A DNA stretch of 63,750 nt, the filler included, from Lenisia limosa (Eukaryota; Protista; Breviatea): assembly GCA_001655205.1 (NCBI GenBank). It is 15 parts of 15 records of this genome, joined end to end, with 100 filler letters (N's around TTAATTAATTAA, not from the genome) between each part and the next. Parts side by side here need not be neighbours in the genome. Positions count along the whole stretch, not along the records: positions 58,701 to 63,750 come from LPNZ01009612.1; 14 more parts are not named here. One strand, given 5' to 3'. The notes below the pieces were generated by a model. The model worked only from the letters and a program-made list of their open reading frames with translations. It was not told the origin of the DNA and did no database searches. Shown here in pieces: positions 59,005-63,750 of the stretch; within the stretch, counting starts at the first letter, position 1; each line of letters opens with the position of its first letter. The translations under genes were made by a program, and so were the position numbers.

Positions 59005-62000
59005 GTTTACACTGGTGTGTGGAGGAAAAGACCTGCCATTTGGCGCGAAAGAAGCATGTACGTTTATTTTGGACACGAGTCAAATCCCCCGAGATCAGTG
59101 GCAGCTTGGCAAGACTAAAGTGGGGCTGGGGTCAGATTTTGAGAATTACCAGTGCATATCATACTATTTGGTGAATATTATTGCAATAAACAATAGAGTT
59201 GAGGTACTTCTTTGCGCTGCGTTTTGGAAGTGCATAACCTGGTGGTTTCCAATATGTTCCAAAAAAATACATACCAGCTCCCATTAGAGAAGAGAACTGT
59301 GATCGAAACAAACAAGTTTCATTCGGAATAGTATTCCAAAATATCACGCCATTTCACCACACACAGGTGTTCCTGAAGAGTGGTCGTCTAGGCGACTTGG
59401 ACCGGTTGCGATCTGCGGCTCTCACCACTGCTGCAGTCAAAATACAGGTTGCTGGCCTTACCAGGAAAAGACCGGGGAAAGAATGAACAGTTTTTTTTTT
59501 GATGGTTTCAACCTGGGGGGTCTGTTCCAAATTTAAACATATGGGTGTCTTCAAAAAATAACCAGAGTTAATTCTCGTGTTGCACTAATGATACACGCAG
59601 ACGCAAGCTCGTGGCCGAATGGCGCGTGAGCAGTTCAAGATCCTGAAGGCTCAAAATAGGGCTGCCAAAGTGATTCAGGTGGGTACTCAGGTGTTGGGAT
59701 TGTCTACATTGAGCGTGAAGGCTTGACTGATTTTTCCTTGGGAAACTACATCGCAAATCGGGCAAGACTTATCCTGGTCACTGTATGTATTTGTTGCATA
59801 TTAGTATCATGTTTTACAAACGCGGATGTTCTACTATAGAACCCCTTGTGAGAATTCTTCCATAGTGTTACNNNNNNNNNNNNNNNNNNNNNNNNNNNNN
59901 NNNNNNNNNNNNNNNNNNNNNNNNNNNNNNNNNNNNNNNNNNNNNNNNNNNNNNNNNNNNNNTCTGCTCAAACCGCAACGATCTGACAAGGTTAGAAGGC
60001 GACAGGTCTTAAAAGAGTGTCTTGTTGATTTTTCTATTTGTTTGCTCTTCTCAATCTAAAGAGCCCTTTGATGCTTTTTATGGAAACGTTTCCTAATGTA
60101 TTTCTTCTTTCAAAACTGTTGCCGGTATAATTTGAAATTGTAACCTTCATATGGTGTTGAAGGTAATACTTTTTTTTTCCAGCCCGTCCTTTCTTCTCAT
60201 CGTATTGCTGCTTACTATATTAGGAAATTGCCCGTTTGGGGGATGAGCTAACTGAAAGCCACGAAACCGCCAAATCCCTTGCAAAGTAAGACTGAAGTTC
60301 TCCTATAATATGCATATATTTTCTTGATTGATAATCACTTACCAAATTAGGCAACTGGAGGCGTCACGAGCCAGCTCTGAACAGGCCCTTTCCGACTTCA
60401 GCCTCAAGCTGCAACATGCAGTCGCGCGGGCCGTGGGCATCAGATGGCGTGGATTGTGCTGGGCGGCTAAACTTGGCAAACGTGCCGGCCAGGCTGAGGA
60501 AACTGTTAAGGTTNNNNNNNNNNNNNNNNNNNNNNNNNNNNNNNNNNNNNNNNNNNNNNNNNNNNNNNNNNNNNNNNNNNNNNNNNNNNNNNNNNNNNNN
60601 NNTGTTACCGTATTCCTTCCTTTATTGACAATATAGGAGCTTCAGGACCAATTAGTAGCGAGTCAAACACAGACATCTTCAAACCGAACTGAATTGAACA
60701 CAGCTCATGAGTCCATTGAGGTGGGACTTTTCGTCTGTGATCTGTTGTTAATCTGTAGAGCATAACGTCCATTTACTATCACACCTTTATAATTACTCCT
60801 TAGGATTTGAAAGCACGAGTCGCATCCCTGACTGAACAGCTCTCTCAGAACAGAGCAAAGTGGAAGTGAGCGGCGGGTTTTCATAATCTTTAATAGGCGT
60901 TTATCAGGTGATAGGAAGTTAGGAATTGAGAGGAATAGTAATTCTTATTTATATCACCCCTGCAGGACTGAAGTGACGGAGTTGACCACACATAACGAGG
61001 AGTTATCTAAGAGGGGTGACGAGAGTAGTTCGACACTTCGGTCGAATAAGAGGAAAATTGAAGAGGTAGGGTTAATACACGCGATATTTTGTCCACAATG
61101 GAACTAACCGGGTGCTTATTGTTTAGTTGGAGCAGGATCTTGAAGACCGAGACGCAAAAGTGTCTGAATTATCCGACAAAATTACCGAAGTAGGTTGAGA
61201 TTTCGGCTATGGGAGTGATTTTTAGCTGTTATATCCGCCTTTCACTTGCTTTTGAGCTTCTTCATATTTTTTGCACATTTGGAAAAGTGTCTCACCCAGT
61301 AGACTTCAACAAATCTGAAGACACAGACGAAGGTTGCTTCTGATTTAAAACGGAAACTACAGACCAGTCATGATGAACAAAACGATCTCAAAACACAGGT
61401 CAGGGATATTAGATGTGATGGGCGTTGATCAAAATGTTGCACTCAATTAATTTTTTTATTCTTTTTTAAGTTAGGTTTCCTATTTTCTAAGCTAACGGTC
61501 TTTCAAGAATATTTCGCTTAGTTTTTCCCCTCACAACATCACAATACTGTCAGTCATGATATAGCTATGGAACACAAATAGAAGCTTATTCTTTTCAGAT
61601 ATCAAGTTTGGAAGAAGATTTGGGAGCGCAGAATACGTCATATCAACGGTTGCAGGAGCACTCCAAGAAAGTTGAAGCTGAACTGGTTGCAATGGAGGTT
61701 TGTGCTAAAATCTTGAATCCAGAGCAAAGCCCTGTTTGCCCAATTGTAATCAGTACATTGTCAGGTTGAAATTTCAACCCCACATATACTGTAATACAGA
61801 TAGTTGTTTGCGTAGTATGCAGCACCTTTAGGCTGTTGAATCAGGGACAATCGTTTGTATCTTATTTCATTGAAAACTGTTTTTCTAAGACTAAATCCCC
61901 CCCCCCCAGGAGGAGAGAGATACCTATGCCTCATCCTCAGCTCAAGATAAGAAGAAATTTTCACGAAGGGAGGCAGAACTCCAGGAAAAGGTGCGGCCAA

Positions 62001-63607
62001 TAGAGGAGCTCCGGAGTTTGTAACTGGTGCTCATTATAATTCAATTATTTCTAGGGCTCCGTGCAATTAATTGAAATAGTAATTTCAAATTTTGACGAGG
62101 GACATAGTGTCACGAAAACCCTATTACAGACACTTTAATTTCTAATTTTTTTCAATTAATTTCCTTAAAAAAATAATTGCATGGAGCCCTAATTCTTTCA
62201 GATCAGGTCATTTGATCTCGTCATTAACAATCATTCATACTCGTTGTTTTTAATAACGCCATTGGTACCATGATTGTGCTCACCATCCAGCTTGCTGCTG
62301 CAGAGTCTCTCGCATCTGAGGCGGACCAATCATGGAGTGATGACCAAATGGTAAGACTTTGGCAGTGTTATTCGTAAACGGGATAGTTTCCACAGAGCTA
62401 TGACGACCACTATAGGCTGAGTTGCATAAGGTGAAGCTAAAAGTTGAGGAGCTTACCAACGCCACTCGGAAACAAAGTGCAAAGGTAGGTTTTTTGTTAT
62501 TCAGATTTATAAAATAGAATCACAAATGATTTACCCCCTCTCAGCTGAAGGAACTTACATCAGAGAGGGACAACTTATCGGACAAGCTTGATGGTCAGAA
62601 GTCTCTGGTAAGGTGCGGGCTTGGATATTAGATGTTTCATAACTACAAAACAAAATGGCTCATAATAAATGTTTCCTCATTATCTGTAAGTAACTCTTTT
62701 TTAGGAACCGAATTAGTGTAATAATTGTTACCTTTCTTCTGTTTCCATATTCATTTCGTTTCAGAGTAAGACAGAAGCGCATAAAGCCCAGTGTCAGCTG
62801 AACGAAGCTTTGGAGAAGGTTTGTTGTGGTTTAGATACTTGCATGACACAATTTTTTTTCTTCTTCTGAGGGGCTTCAGCCAATCTTTTTACCAATAACA
62901 ACCCTTTATACTCAAGTGGCTAATACTGTGTAGAACAATTATTAGCACCAGGATAAGGCCTCAGAACATACGGGACAATACATATAAAGAACATGCTTGA
63001 CGTTTTAGATTGCAGCAGCTGAACAGACGATCAAAACTATGCAGCAAAACGAGCGGCAAGTTGCAACCACCTCCCAGCGAGACACGACTTCCCTGAAGGC
63101 TGAAATTGAGCGTCTTACCGCAGCCAAGAGCGGACTCGAATCGGTTGGGGGGGGGGGCATCGGTGGTCTCACTGTTTTCGAGACATTATACCAAGTATAT
63201 TGTGTACATACATACATGTTCACCTTTTTTTTGTGTGCGTCATAGAGTGCTGTGGGTGTTAATAGGGTGATTTTAGAAATTAATTGTCAAAATTAAAGTG
63301 GCTGAAATGGACTTCCCATGACAATAGGTTTCACTTCTTATTTTGCAATTAATTTTCCAATTAATTGCAAGGAGCACTAGTTTTTAACGACCAATCTCAG
63401 AATGACCAAGATCCTTGCTTACCCCCTTCAGGAGCGAACTGATCTCCTCAAACGTGTGGATGACCTCAGCAAGGCCAGAGTATCGGCCGAACACGCGCAA
63501 CGCGAAAGTGAGCGAAAGATGCGCGCTGCCATCGACAGTCAGACCAAATTCTCTGAAGCCCTTAAATCCGAGCAATCTCGTGCAGATGACTCATTATCTG
63601 GACTAAG
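59005..63607 (+). CDS. Myosin heavy chain: end of motor domain, IQ motifs and long coiled-coil tail (partial)
   Basis: GAKEACTFILD...QWQLGKTK|VFLKSG.LGDL..LR; AAVKIQ...ARGRMAR and AAKVIQ IQ motifs; more than 12 heptad-rich exons through 63607. Class not determinable here. Confidence 0.85.
62052..62191. mobile_element. hAT-like MITE family G with 8-bp TSD
   Basis: TAGGGCTCCGTGCAATTAATT...AATAATTGCATGGAGCCCTA; flanks ATTATTTC / ATTCTTTC; fragments near 1550, 2280-2302, 6279, 63345-63380. Confidence 0.85.
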
Positions 63608-63695
63608 GTGTGTGTCAAATTGTCTGGAATTCTCTCTATTTGTATTTAATAGGGGGGGAGGTGGGTTCTTCAATGTGTTTCACAATAGAACCTTA

Positions 63696-63750
63696 AACTC
63701 ACCCCTCCTCTTCACTTTGACCTCACCCCTCCTCTTCACTTTGACCTCAC
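63696..63750. repeat. 24-bp tandem repeat at the window end
   Basis: CTCACCCCTCCTCTTCACTTTGAC units. Confidence 0.75.

Noticed and set aside
3922-60636. Many listed ORFs containing X runs
   Set aside because: They are open only because N gaps hide stop codons.
1-63750. rRNA, tRNA or spliceosomal snRNA genes
   Set aside because: No recognisable conserved motifs were found by eye; a tRNAscan-SE/Infernal run would be needed to exclude divergent ones.

Overview
Fragmented draft genome of an AT-rich, very intron-dense microbial eukaryote. My inference is Amorphea, possibly a unicellular holozoan, given a myosin with a long coiled-coil tail, a GKRP-like gene and a fibrinogen-type exon. The window is about 15 contigs joined by an artificial N44-TTAATTAATTAA-N44 linker, so neighbourhood across linkers is unreliable. 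Genes recognised from manually spliced exons: glucokinase-regulatory-protein-like, MED21-like, a PIP-box protein, glucosidase II beta, CWC21/SRRM2, RAB3GAP2-like, a ferric reductase (FRE/FRO/NOX family), a double-hotdog acyl-CoA thioesterase, BRF1, a myosin heavy chain, an ADCY10-type P-loop fragment and several unknown multi-exon genes. Main finding: a Giardia-type catabolic ornithine carbamoyltransferase and a carbamate kinase (arginine deiminase pathway) appear to be spliced in frame into one OTC-CK fusion protein (32.5-35.1 kb, minus strand). Introns hold several tiny non-autonomous DNA transposon families (hAT-like with 8-bp TSDs, Tc1-like, CACTA-like, foldback), two TIR-less dispersed repeats (one with a cUUCGg hairpin), and a G-run/C-run polarity at intron ends. 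No rRNA, tRNA or CRISPR array was seen. Protein family calls rest on motif recall, not database searches.
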